A DNA stretch of 64,000 nt. Source: Schmidtea polychroa. Taxonomy: Eukaryota. The stretch spans positions 85,250,001-85,314,000 of the forward strand of contig CM097885.1 of NCBI GenBank assembly GCA_044892525.1, given 5' to 3'. A model generated the notes under the pieces. That model saw only the letters and a list, made by a program, of their open reading frames with translations. It did no database searches and had not been told where the DNA came from. Shown here piece by piece: positions 57,101-64,000 of this stretch; position 1 is the stretch's first letter, and each line of letters starts with the position of its first letter. The position numbers and the translations under genes were made by a program.

Positions 57101-60100
57101 NNNNNNNNNAAATGTGATTATAGCACCAATATCACAATCAAACGGAAGGCCATTTGGACAAAATTCAAAGACAAGTGGCATTATTGCTGATAGAAAAATT
57201 TAACAATGTCCTTGAGAACAGTTTAACGAAATTAGCTCGTTATGATGAAAATACTCTTTTATCCTCATTCTTATCATTAGCGGTTTGTTTTCAATTAATA
57301 TTAAATTTAATAATAATAATAATAATAAATTTAAATATCTTATCGAAAAACTTTTTAACGTCAGTTCAATTTTTATGTTTTAACATGGAATATATTATAA
57401 AATGGCTTTGTTTGAAAGCGCTGGGTGACAAATTAGTGACAATGACTTTTTCCAGGCATTGTAATACTTTAATTTAACTTGAAAGTTGACCACTAAAACT
57501 TAAATGAACTATCTATTTTTGCCAACATCCATTACTTACAAAGTTCTAAGACTAGAATGCTAATATTGTTACGTTTCGAAGTGAAGATTATGTTTACTTC
57601 CTCTATCTTTAAAATTCATTTTGGTTAAAATATCGATGTAATCCAATTTTTCATGCAAAATAATTGTTTCGAGTAGCAATGCTCTGTATTTGGATTTAAA
57701 CGAGCAAATTATTCCTTGATATAATGGCTGAGTTTTGCCAGTAGTATTTTCTGGGTTAGGGTTAGGGTTAGGGTTAGGGTTAGGGTTAAGGTTAGGGTTA
57801 GGGTTATAAGAGGATGTTCATATAAAAGATGTTCATATAAGAGATGTTCATATAAGAGGATGTCCATACAGGAGGATGTTAATATAAGAGGATGTCCATA
57901 TAAGAGGATGTTCATATAAGAGATGTTCATATAAGAAAGGGTTGACTGAATTTCATTTGATTTTCATACACAGTTTATAATTTATTATTGGTTAACAATA
58001 AAATCTTTTATGTATTTCACCAATTAACGTTTTCTCAATTTGTTTAATCTATTTTCATGAACTCGCGTTAAGGCAATGGTGAGTGTTAAATTTTCCCTTT
58101 TATTAATAGCCCTTATATATTTTACAATTTTCAACTACTTTACAATAATAGTGCAAAAACATAGATGTATCTGCTTAGGATGGAAAGGAAATTGATGAAA
58201 CGAGTAATCTATTGTTGCTCAAGGAACTAAAATACTTCTGCTTGTTTATTGTTATTAAAAATCGATTAAACAACAATTTTGGGGAGAAATTTGATATTGT
58301 TTGTTCAACAGGATATTGTAAATGTGGTCAGCCGACTGATGTGTCTTGGGATAAAATCTTAAAACAAAGCTTTCTGAAAAAGACGACGAATTAATTGTTA
58401 AAATACTTCAACACTGACGCTAATATTCCAAAGCCAATTCGAATTTCCTTTTTCGGTAATTCTGAATGACTTACATTTTTGATCATGAATTCCCACCTAA
58501 ATGTTACTGATAGGTTTTAGCAGTTGATTATGGGTCGAGGGATAGTAAATTTATTAATTTGATCAAAACATTTTACTTGCCAGATTGTATAATTTTTTCC
58601 GCGTGATTTTGCTAAAGCCAAACGAGTTATCGTTGATTCAAAGTCAATATCATTAGCAAGATCATGTTTAATGGAAATTAATGTCAATTCAGATAGACGT
58701 TCGTTTGTCATTGTTGATCGCAAATAACCTTTGATAGTCTTCAATCTACTTGTCAGCAGTGGCAGAAAGAGTTTTGTATTTTGATGGTGGTTAGAAGTTC
58801 GTGTTTAATAATTATTATCGTATCTTTTTTCCAATTAAATACTCTTAGATCATTCCTTGCTATAATTATCTGATTTACAATCAACGAATAACCAACAAGC
58901 TTGATAATACATCTGTTGATTTGTTGGTAAATGCCTTTCCACAACTATTTGTGTACCAAAAAATTTGAAATTTGCGTCCTATTTATCTGTTGAAATTTGA
59001 AATGGTTCATGGATGCCTGGTTAGCATTGTTCGATTTCGCACAATTTGTGAGTCATTCTTGTATCAGTGCTTAAATTCTTATTAGTGTACAGTCCTGGAG
59101 TCCTGTCGAAAAGTTTGATTGAGGAAGAAGTAGTTCTTGGATAGTATGTGCAGCAAATTGGTATTCCGAAACCGTCACAACTTACTATATTGCATGGGAA
59201 GAGCTAATGGTGTTTCAGTGTTCATACACTTTGTACTGAAACATTTAGATAAATAAAAATGTAAATCATATGTAGAAGTCTTTTTTCAGATTAATTTCTT
59301 TTACATATCCAATATCTTTTTACATCATAGTTTACCTTTCCAGTTACTCCATCTGATTGAACCACTGATAGTTTAGTCATAAATCGCATTAGTTTAAGGC
59401 ATATTTGCTTGCATCTACCTTGAGACTGGCTTCCTTAGATAAATTTCTCTTTGATGATTCACTTTATTTTATAACTGACTTTCGTTTCCTACCGCTACTC
59501 GAGTGACAGGCTGATTCTTGTATGACTGTAATTTAATTTCAATATTATTTTTATACAGTACATAATTAATTAATCGTTTCTTACCAATGTAACAATGATA
59601 ATAAGTCAATCATATGGTAGAATTGCTTCTTACACTGCAATGATACACGTTCTAAATACTTAATGCGGTGATTTAATATGCATGCGGTTTATCTAACGTA
59701 TTTGTTATCATCTGTTCTGGAGCTTCGGACGATGCATCTGTCAAGCAGAACTGTAATTTGTCATTATCTTGGAGTGGGTTAACGAGACGAAAATTGGGTT
59801 TTCTGAGTATACGAACAAGTAGGAACAAGTTTTATTTCATTCTACACTGGCAGGATTGTTATAGCTAACGTGTTGATAAGTTCATTGAGACACAGCCCTG
59901 TTATTATTATCTGACTGTTTATAAGGGATATGGAGAAAAATAAAAAGTGATTTACAATTGCCCTTTAGACATTTAGACCTTAACCGTTTCCTTTCTTGTG
60001 TCTATAAAAATATGACAAAAAGAAATTAACCATTCTATCCTCTGTCTGTAAAAAAATGATATTACCGATGGTGATAATGACCATGAAAAATGATATACAA

Positions 60101-63100
60101 GATGCACAGTTGAGCACTGACGATGATGACGATAATTCTTTTTAATTTTTTAAAATTTTTAAAATTATATTAGTATTGGAACGGGCGGAACAAATAAAAT
60201 AAAAAAGATAGGAAAGGATTAATAACGATACATGAGGGCACTCCACACCCGGATCTATATATTTAATTCCATAAATGGTTGGGATCCATTCTTTAGACCT
60301 TAAAATTACAAATAAAGTATTTTGACAACTCTTATGAAAAATAAAGTGTAATTTAAATAGAAAAGTGATAGTATTGCTCGTTGAATAAACATGAGAATCT
60401 CTTTCAGCAGAATGAAATCAGCAATGCTTTTTACGATTTCTACTCTTTATAGTATAGCATTTATATTATTTAAGTACATATTTTTGTTTGAAATGTGACT
60501 TTTCAATTAAAAGCTCTCAGCAATAACAATTTTTTAATAAAATAAGAGTATAAATATTCCCCATGGACTTATGGTCAAAGTGGATGGGTGCGTATATTTG
60601 TATGTGTCAGTATGCTTATTAGAAATTATTTCCCTGAAATTGTATTATTGCTAGCAAATTTCCTAATATCCTGATATACGGATTATTGTTACTGTAAAAA
60701 TTATTAAATAGTTTTGAGATTATTCGATTAAAAAATGAAATTTTAGTTTCTATTAATATCTTGTATAGAGTAATTGGATTATCTTGAAAATGTGGTTAAC
60801 TTCAAGCCTTTCTAATAAATATGAACATTCTATAGATGTCCATAGATCACAATTAGCGAGTTAGAAATGATCAAGATCATGTATGCAATAATCAGGTATT
60901 AATTGTTAAACAGCAATTTTACCACAGACCTTGACAAAATACAGCGAATATCAACAATTATAACAATCGCTAAATAATGGCATCGATTTAAATCTAACGA
61001 AAAGCACCAAATCAAATATATATATATATATATATATATATTTTACTACAATATATTTCGACAGAATCACTGTCATCTTCGGGTAGAATTGAAATCAAAC
61101 TAAATCAATATAAATTGCTCTTTTTTTAACAAACTAATTAACTAATTCATTAATTTTTTTAAAATTAATTTCGCTAAAAATTTTCAAAATTCTGTTTTTT
61201 ATATTCAAACTTTAAAATTTTTAAAACTTTTAAAACTCACAAAAGTTGAAATCAAACAAGATTCTAATAAATTTTCCACAAAATTGTGTTTACAAATATT
61301 AATTAATTGCTTCAATCGATAGTGATCAGGAACTTGAAAACGGAGATGACGGACAGTCATTCCAATGTATGTGGCATTGCACCTATGACATAAATATTCA
61401 TAACCAAGATCCGAAAACCATCTAAGTAATAATTGAAATCCACTAATAAACACCACAATATATCGCCACAATAAGTTCGCTTAAGAAGAAATAAATAATG
61501 TTTTCTAAAACATATTCCTTATACTAATTTTGATAAAAATGTATCAAAACTTCATGGTTACATTGAAGAAATAACCAATTATCATCTAACAAAGTAATAG
61601 TTTGGACAATTTATTATTATACAATATCTTTATAATTAATATTTTCACAGGCATAAGAAAATTAATTTGAAATTTCTTATATTTATAAGTAACTAATTCT
61701 TGTTTTTTCATTTTGCACAGTTAATATAAAAGAATTGATTATATAATGAAAATTATCATTCGGAGAGACTTATTCTCTTTCAATCAGTTAGGAGCTTAAG
61801 TTATTACTGAATTCGAAGACACTATTGAAATTGATACTGAAGTCAAAGTAGTTGTTAGTAGGACTAACCAAAAAAAAACAAAAATTACAAAACATTTATA
61901 AAATGTTTTTACTGTCTAATTAACCCTTAATTGCATGAATTTTTTATTTATTTTGAATAAAATAAAATAACGTTCCTTTGACTGAATATATTATTATAAA
62001 AATTATGAACTAAATCCGTTCAACCGCTTTGTAGCTCACAGGCAACACTATGAAATGGTTAGTTCTTATTTATTTTAGGCGATCTAAACATGAAATTCTG
62101 GTATGTTGCAAATTTGCTACACAATGCGTTTAAGGGTTAAAGGTTTTGCGGATAAATTGGTTATATAAAACGATACGATTGATCATAAGAAAGAGTAATC
62201 TCAAAGAAGAAACTTCCGTAATATATCTTCATTTAAAGGCAATTCCTAATTATACAGCCAATTACCAACTAAAATGTTTATTTATATTTCGCCTTAATAA
62301 TGAAAAATAATATATACCATTTAAAAATCTATTCCACTGACAATTCTGATTATTAAAACAAATTTTCATTTAATTTAATTTATCACATATTATTAAACAA
62401 ATCTTGTATTAAATATAAATAATAATTTTAATGCATAGTTTTAATATCTTTCATAAAATATTGAAAATTTTAAAGGTTAAATTGGAATGAGAACAAAATT
62501 TATTTATGATATTTAATTTTTTTCATTCTCACAAAATATAAAAAATTTAATTTTACAGCTTTGTCTTTATCTCATGTTATATAAAAATGAAAATAGAACA
62601 GATGTGATCAAAAAACTAAAACTGAATTCCGATTTGGTTTTTGATATAAATTCTGTGATCAATGGTTGTTTTTTCTTATACTCTTTATACAACTGGTCTT
62701 ATTTTTGCTGTCCTAATTGTACATTAATACCATACATTTATACCATACATTTATACCATACATTTATACCATACATTTATACCATACAATTTGACAACTA
62801 CTGTTAATTTTATTCACAACTATAAGGATTTGAAACTTTTATTCTTGTTTCCAAAAATATAATTTTACCTTTGATTTTCTTTCGACATTATAAGGCTCAG
62901 AAATAGTAGCGCGTAATAAGAAAACCATTAGAAATTTATGAATTATTACTTATTATTACTATTAATTCTCGTGCACCCATTTAATAAAATAATAACAAAT
63001 TATTTATGTATTGCTAAAGATACAAATAAATCGAAGTATTTTTAACTATCAAATATTTTTGAATGATAAACGAGTTTTATTGAATTTCAAGATTGATCTC

Positions 63101-63225
63101 AGTATACTATATTCCAGAAACCGGTTGATGAAGTTGGAAAAGCCTACGTCGAATTCATGCGAGGTAATCTGGAACAGTTGAGACTAAAAGTGACGGACGA
63201 GATCTATACTTTGACAATATTTGAG
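4888..63225 (+). CDS. CADPS: CAPS/UNC-31 calcium-dependent secretion activator, multi-exon gene (internal part; 5' and 3' ends outside window or in gaps)
   Basis: 17 coding segments join in frame and are collinear with CAPS motifs: [130 protein letters not shown]. Confidence 0.97.
5022..5264 (+). CDS. CADPS: CAPS exon: [20 protein letters not shown]...[13 protein letters not shown]
   Basis: cag|ATA acceptor after a 53-nt intron, GAG|gtattt donor, 243 nt; matches FPKFVSKEMENMYIEELK. Confidence 0.93.
6222..6760 (+). mobile_element. Decayed, internally deleted hAT remnant (C-terminal dimerisation region)
   Basis: taaggtggccaaat TIR-like start; peptide [18 protein letters not shown]...[17 protein letters not shown] resembles hAT LPGTNAAVERVFS; boundaries approximate. 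Confidence 0.5.
9449..9681. mobile_element. pogo/Tc2-type MITE remnant
   Basis: Right end gccttatacgccgaaatatacgg|TA matches the CCGTATTTTTCGGCGTATAAG terminus; degenerate left end gcgtataagacgacc. Confidence 0.55.
10452..10516. repeat. (TA)n microsatellite
   Basis: Direct reading; further (TA)n at ~12114-12174, 26598-26648 (followed by (TG)n), 33481-33506, 42652-42671, 51426-51498 and 61017-61040. Confidence 0.95.
11894..12025 (+). mobile_element. Penelope-like pseudo-LTR remnant: 33-bp inverted repeat enclosing a hammerhead motif
   Basis: Arms 11894-11926 and 11993-12025 are reverse complements with 2 mismatches; same motif family as the hammerhead beside the GIY-YIG fragment at 61046. 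Confidence 0.65.
11959..12001 (+). ncRNA. Minimal type I hammerhead ribozyme motif
   Basis: CTGATGA-T-GATAG(TGATG)CTATC-GAAA-T(AT)ATA; core intact, stem I imperfect. Confidence 0.65.
14091..14172. repeat. CT-rich 40-bp tandem duplication (period 42)
   Basis: actctccatctctctatctctctagttctcgtcctctcac occurs twice. Confidence 0.9.
15371..15488 (+). CDS. CADPS: CAPS exon, C2 domain N-part (3' end lost in gap)
   Basis: ttcag|GTG; [39 protein letters not shown], then N-run. Confidence 0.93.
15679..15783 (+). CDS. CADPS: CAPS exon, C2 domain (5' end lost in gap)
   Basis: [35 protein letters not shown]|gtaaga. Confidence 0.93.
16292..16333 (-). ncRNA. Minimal type I hammerhead ribozyme
   Basis: Minus strand ATAGTA-CTGATGA-GAGC(CAAAA)GCCC-GAAAC(TA)GTC-TACTAT: perfect 6-bp stem I, GUC cleavage triplet, palindromic CTAG at stem III. 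Confidence 0.8.
17216..17741. mobile_element. MULE-type MITE with subterminal CGCG-rich tandem repeats
   Basis: Imperfect TIRs GGTATACATTTATATCCGCGCG / CGCGCGGCTATTAAAGTAAACC; 9-bp TSD cttacagtg / attacagtg (8/9). Confidence 0.7.
18081..18780 (+). mobile_element. Ty3/Gypsy LTR retrotransposon RT-RNase H remnant (frameshifted)
   Basis: [52 protein letters not shown] (RNase H), IFTDRKPL. Confidence 0.85.
18895..19089 (+). mobile_element. Helentron/HINE-like non-autonomous element
   Basis: ACTAGGGGCTCTGCCCCTGTTCGCTTCGCTTCACCAACCCC start and CTTAGCTTTTTTATATATAG end are typical of this class; no coding capacity. Confidence 0.55.
20917..21332. mobile_element. hAT (Charlie/Buster-type) MITE
   Basis: TIRs CAGGGGTAGCCAA / TTGGCCTCCCCT(T); 8-bp TSD gtctaatg / gactaatg; subterminal gagccgcatgcggctc. 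Confidence 0.8.
21916..22290. mobile_element. Merlin-like MITE, copy 1
   Basis: ~30-bp TIRs GGTACTTCCGTGTTATCTTACCCCCAAAAATTA; perfect 8-bp TSD gtaatagc; superfamily assignment tentative. Confidence 0.85.
29863..29966. repeat. Perfect ~35-bp inverted repeat (foldback / piggyBac-like MITE end)
   Basis: ccttttgctgcaaataatgtatttaatgaaagaat and its exact reverse complement ending at the gap; related end aagccctttgctgcaaa at ~30182. Confidence 0.7.
31181..31384 (+). CDS. CADPS: CAPS exon, end of C2 and start of PH domain
   Basis: ttcag|GTA ... CAG|gttaat, 204 nt; VVINP...[33 protein letters not shown]. Confidence 0.94.
33093..33456. repeat. 16-bp minisatellite (ACCCATATACGGTGCT, ~23 units) forming one end of a TIR element
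   Basis: Direct reading; inverted two-unit versions at ~34097-34145 and ~35171-35220. Confidence 0.92.
34009..34151 (+). repeat. ~143-bp direct repeat, copy 1
   Basis: Near-identical to 35083-35226 (about 4 substitutions plus a possible 1-nt indel). Confidence 0.92.
34148..34846 (-). pseudogene. Chimeric eIF3 subunit F fragment with an unrelated in-frame middle segment
   Basis: One frame: [35 protein letters not shown] (eIF3f V.VHPVVLFQ..DAFERR....RVIG), ~111 foreign codons, then [17 protein letters not shown]...DL..V...[12 protein letters not shown] (eIF3f C-terminal part); two premature stops. Confidence 0.8.
35083..35226 (+). repeat. ~143-bp direct repeat, copy 2
   Basis: See copy 1. 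Confidence 0.92.
35458..35732. mobile_element. hAT MITE
   Basis: TIRs CAGTGGTTCTCAA / TTGAGAACTACTG; perfect 8-bp TSD gcttacat. Confidence 0.88.
36539..36641 (+). CDS. CADPS: CAPS exon, PH domain (5' end lost in gap)
   Basis: [34 protein letters not shown]+G|gtaaag; matches QYTFAMCSY..E..QLDGYTVDY. Confidence 0.93.
37487..37740. mobile_element. hAT MITE remnant
   Basis: Right TIR ggttggccaccactg and repeated tggccc subterminal motifs; left end degenerate, no clean TSD. Confidence 0.6.
38676..38879 (+). CDS. CADPS: CAPS exon, end of PH domain
   Basis: tttag|AT phase 1, 204 nt; [38 protein letters not shown]; G|gtaaaa donor. Confidence 0.92.
38929..39244 (+). CDS. CADPS: CAPS exon (3' end lost in gap)
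   Basis: catag|AT after a 49-nt intron; DRAKKHG...[30 protein letters not shown]...[11 protein letters not shown]. Confidence 0.94.
42030..42651 (+). mobile_element. 5' fragment of a SPIN/Buster-type hAT (GTF2IRD2-like transposase N-terminus)
   Basis: TIR CAGGGTTCCCCAAACT; [24 protein letters not shown].....CICLIC truncated at (TA)n. Confidence 0.8.
42672..46058 (-). mobile_element. Near full-length hAT DNA transposon (ZMYM1-like transposase)
   Basis: End CAGCGCCGGCTCTAG; gcgccccgatgc subterminal motif at both ends; the other TIR runs into the gap at 46059. Confidence 0.88.
42941..45469 (-). pseudogene. hAT transposase (TTF-type Zn finger, DUF4371, catalytic core, dimerisation domain) with two frameshifts
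   Basis: [52 protein letters not shown], then [31 protein letters not shown] in a third frame; shifts at an A-run (~43985) and (TA)n (~43205). Confidence 0.92.
46633..46801 (+). CDS. CADPS: CAPS exon: [16 protein letters not shown]...[19 protein letters not shown]
   Basis: tttag|A phase 2 (an alternative cag acceptor lies 4 nt downstream); CGA|gtaaat donor. Confidence 0.92.
48288..48463. mobile_element. hAT MITE, right TIR truncated
   Basis: CAGTAGTTCTCAACCTT...ggcgacccc...ggtcgcaaccccgaggttgag. Confidence 0.65.
48930..49330 (+). mobile_element. Penelope-like element GIY-YIG endonuclease remnant
   Basis: [28 protein letters not shown] at 49171-49257, preceded by a C-x-C-rich linker; boundaries approximate. 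Confidence 0.75.
51105..51228 (+). CDS. CADPS: CAPS exon: [41 protein letters not shown]
   Basis: attag|GTA ... G|gtttat, 124 nt; matches VLMKD...[20 protein letters not shown]; not in the ORF track. Confidence 0.93.
51278..51301 (+). CDS. CADPS: Putative 24-nt CAPS microexon (AQDSSNKN)
   Basis: actag|CG after a 49-nt intron, G|gtattt donor; phase 1-1, frame-preserving, no stop codon. Confidence 0.65.
51791..52143. mobile_element. Merlin-like MITE, copy 2 (inverted relative to copy 1)
   Basis: Same TIRs and interior as 21916-22290; perfect 8-bp TSD gaaacaac. Confidence 0.87.
52613..52692 (+). CDS. CADPS: CAPS exon: (E)[26 protein letters not shown]
   Basis: ttcag|AA ... GAG|gtataa, 80 nt; matches [20 protein letters not shown]. 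Confidence 0.93.
53230..53322. repeat. ~90-bp segment with an inverted near-identical copy at 59250-59340
   Basis: aaaggtaaactatgatgtaaaaagatattggatatg...; about 3 mismatches. Confidence 0.88.
53925..54081 (+). CDS. CADPS: CAPS exon: [24 protein letters not shown]...[17 protein letters not shown]
   Basis: tacag|TCA ... G|gtatga, 157 nt. Confidence 0.94.
54242..55379 (-). mobile_element. Decayed pogo/Tigger (CENP-B-like HTH, DDE_1) transposase
   Basis: [62 protein letters not shown]; many stops and frameshifts. Confidence 0.85.
55666..56083 (+). pseudogene. Chimeric fragment: FKBP6/Shutdown-like TPR region fused in frame to an EF-1alpha fragment
   Basis: [18 protein letters not shown]/(fs)[16 protein letters not shown]...[12 protein letters not shown]...[11 protein letters not shown], then [33 protein letters not shown] (EF1A [34 protein letters not shown]). 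Confidence 0.8.
56200..56662 (+). CDS. CADPS: CAPS exon, MHD1/MUN region with Ser/Gly/Asn-rich insert
   Basis: tttag|AA ... GG|gtgatt, 463 nt; [21 protein letters not shown]...[19 protein letters not shown]. Confidence 0.93.
56712..56862 (+). CDS. CADPS: CAPS exon: [10 protein letters not shown]...[14 protein letters not shown]...[11 protein letters not shown]
   Basis: tacag|A after a 49-nt intron; ATT|gtaaga donor. Confidence 0.9.
57124..57282 (+). CDS. CADPS: CAPS exon: [12 protein letters not shown]...[20 protein letters not shown]
   Basis: atag|CAC ... GCG|gtttgt, 159 nt; matches HQYH...LAKLSRYDEGTLFSSFLSF. Confidence 0.92.
57753..57806. repeat. Interstitial telomeric repeat (TTAGGG) x9
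   Basis: Direct reading; one variant unit. Confidence 0.93.
57805..57946. repeat. 15/16-bp minisatellite (TATAAGAGGATGTTCA, 8 units) ending aaagggttgactg
   Basis: Direct reading; abuts the TTAGGG array. Confidence 0.9.
58590..58760 (-). mobile_element. hAT transposase C-terminal fragment
   Basis: [47 protein letters not shown]. Confidence 0.75.
61017..61410 (-). mobile_element. Penelope-like element 3' end: GIY-YIG fragment, pseudo-LTR hammerhead, (TA)n
   Basis: [22 protein letters not shown]...LLESCLIS, followed downstream by a hammerhead at 61046-61086. Confidence 0.78.
61046..61086 (-). ncRNA. Minimal hammerhead ribozyme variant (core CCGAAGA)
   Basis: CTAC-CCGAAGA-T-GACAG(TGATT)CTGTC-GAAA-T(AT)ATT-GTAG; U4-to-C core change. 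Confidence 0.6.
61924..62136. mobile_element. piggyBac-type MITE
   Basis: TTAA|CCCTTAATTGCAT ... ATGCGTTTAAGGG|TTAA. Confidence 0.8.
62728..62790. repeat. 13-bp tandem repeat (TACCATACATTTA, ~5 units)
   Basis: Direct reading. Confidence 0.85.
63118..63225 (+). CDS. CADPS: CAPS exon: [36 protein letters not shown]
   Basis: tccag|AAA ... GAG|gtgaga, 108 nt; matches KPGMDVADAYVTFVR..LRDKVNEE. Confidence 0.92.
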
Positions 63226-64000
63226 GTGAGAAATATTATGCAATCATTGATGTTATTGGATTTAATTGTAATAATAATTTATTGAACTATTATATTTGAG
63301 GCATAAAAATCGATATTACTAACATTTATGTTCCCACCATTTCCAAATTCAATCTGCTATAAGCAGTAAATGTGCACACTGCCCGATATATGCATACATA
63401 CTTATTATGTGCATTCATTGCAAATTGCGTGAGAAAGAGGATTTAACTAACCGAATATGGGTAAATCTAACTTACAAATGAGCGCATACGTGACTACCCA
63501 GTTTGTGACTTGACAATTGGCCTGCTATTAAATTACATTTAATAAATTAACTGTCAAAAATCTGGCGAATATGACACAAATCACGAGCTTATTGGGGATT
63601 AAAATTGGAAATAGTTTTTAAAATTGATAGCCTAATTTTCAATTACCGCAATCAAGCAGTAATTTTCCTTACATTTTAATGCAATACTTATTATATTTTG
63701 AATAACTTTTTTCATCTTGTTTTCCATTTATGACCTGTTATACTATATCTAAAATAGCTTACCAGCATTTTATGGTAGCTGTATATGGACATTTCATGAT
63801 ATTTTTACAATTCTAAAACAAAAATCCAATGACACTCATGGAGGCGCTGTAGCGGGTTATTTGTGGCTTTCGTGAGACCTTCAATAAATTTTGAAAATTT
63901 GCGAAGCTGTTGATAAATATTCACATATAAACATCAAGAATACAGCACTATTGCTCAATCTTTTGTGACATTTTCGAAATATCCCACTGATAACCAATTA

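Noticed and set aside
4626-57181. Many track ORFs that are mostly X
   Set aside because: Artefacts of translating through N-runs; only the CAPS-matching flanks were kept.
57753-57806. True chromosome end
   Set aside because: Only 9 units, with CAPS exons continuing in phase on both sides.
1-64000. tRNA, rRNA or snRNA genes
   Set aside because: No cloverleaf, paired A/B boxes or recognisable structural RNA sequence found by eye; tRNAscan-SE or Infernal would be definitive.

Overview
Very AT-rich eukaryotic (metazoan) genomic DNA from a gapped draft assembly with 17 N-runs. The whole window is the interior of one + strand gene encoding CAPS/UNC-31 (CADPS, Ca2+-dependent activator of dense-core-vesicle secretion). 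I can assemble 17 coding segments (4888-63225) with GT-AG boundaries and matching phases wherever the boundaries are not hidden by gaps. They cover the C2, PH and MUN/MHD1 regions; the start and stop of the gene lie outside the window or in gaps. Intron sizes are bimodal (49-53 nt versus roughly 1-15 kb). The large introns are filled with transposon debris: hAT, pogo/Tigger, Merlin-, MULE- and piggyBac-type MITEs, Ty3/Gypsy RT-RNaseH, a Helentron-like element, and Penelope-like elements with hammerhead ribozymes. Low GC, ~50-nt introns and TTAGGG repeats fit a planarian-like invertebrate (inference only). The most unusual signal is two intronic in-frame chimeric host-gene fragments: eIF3f with a foreign middle (34148-34846, -) and an FKBP6/Shutdown-like TPR fused to EF-1alpha (55666-56083, +). 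Both are preceded by a similar CTCGCGTC..TGTGC hairpin leader, suggesting an undescribed gene-fragment-capturing mobile family. Also notable are three minimal hammerhead ribozymes, a 24-nt microexon and an in-frame exitron candidate in CAPS. Protein family assignments come from my recollection of family sequences, not from database searches.
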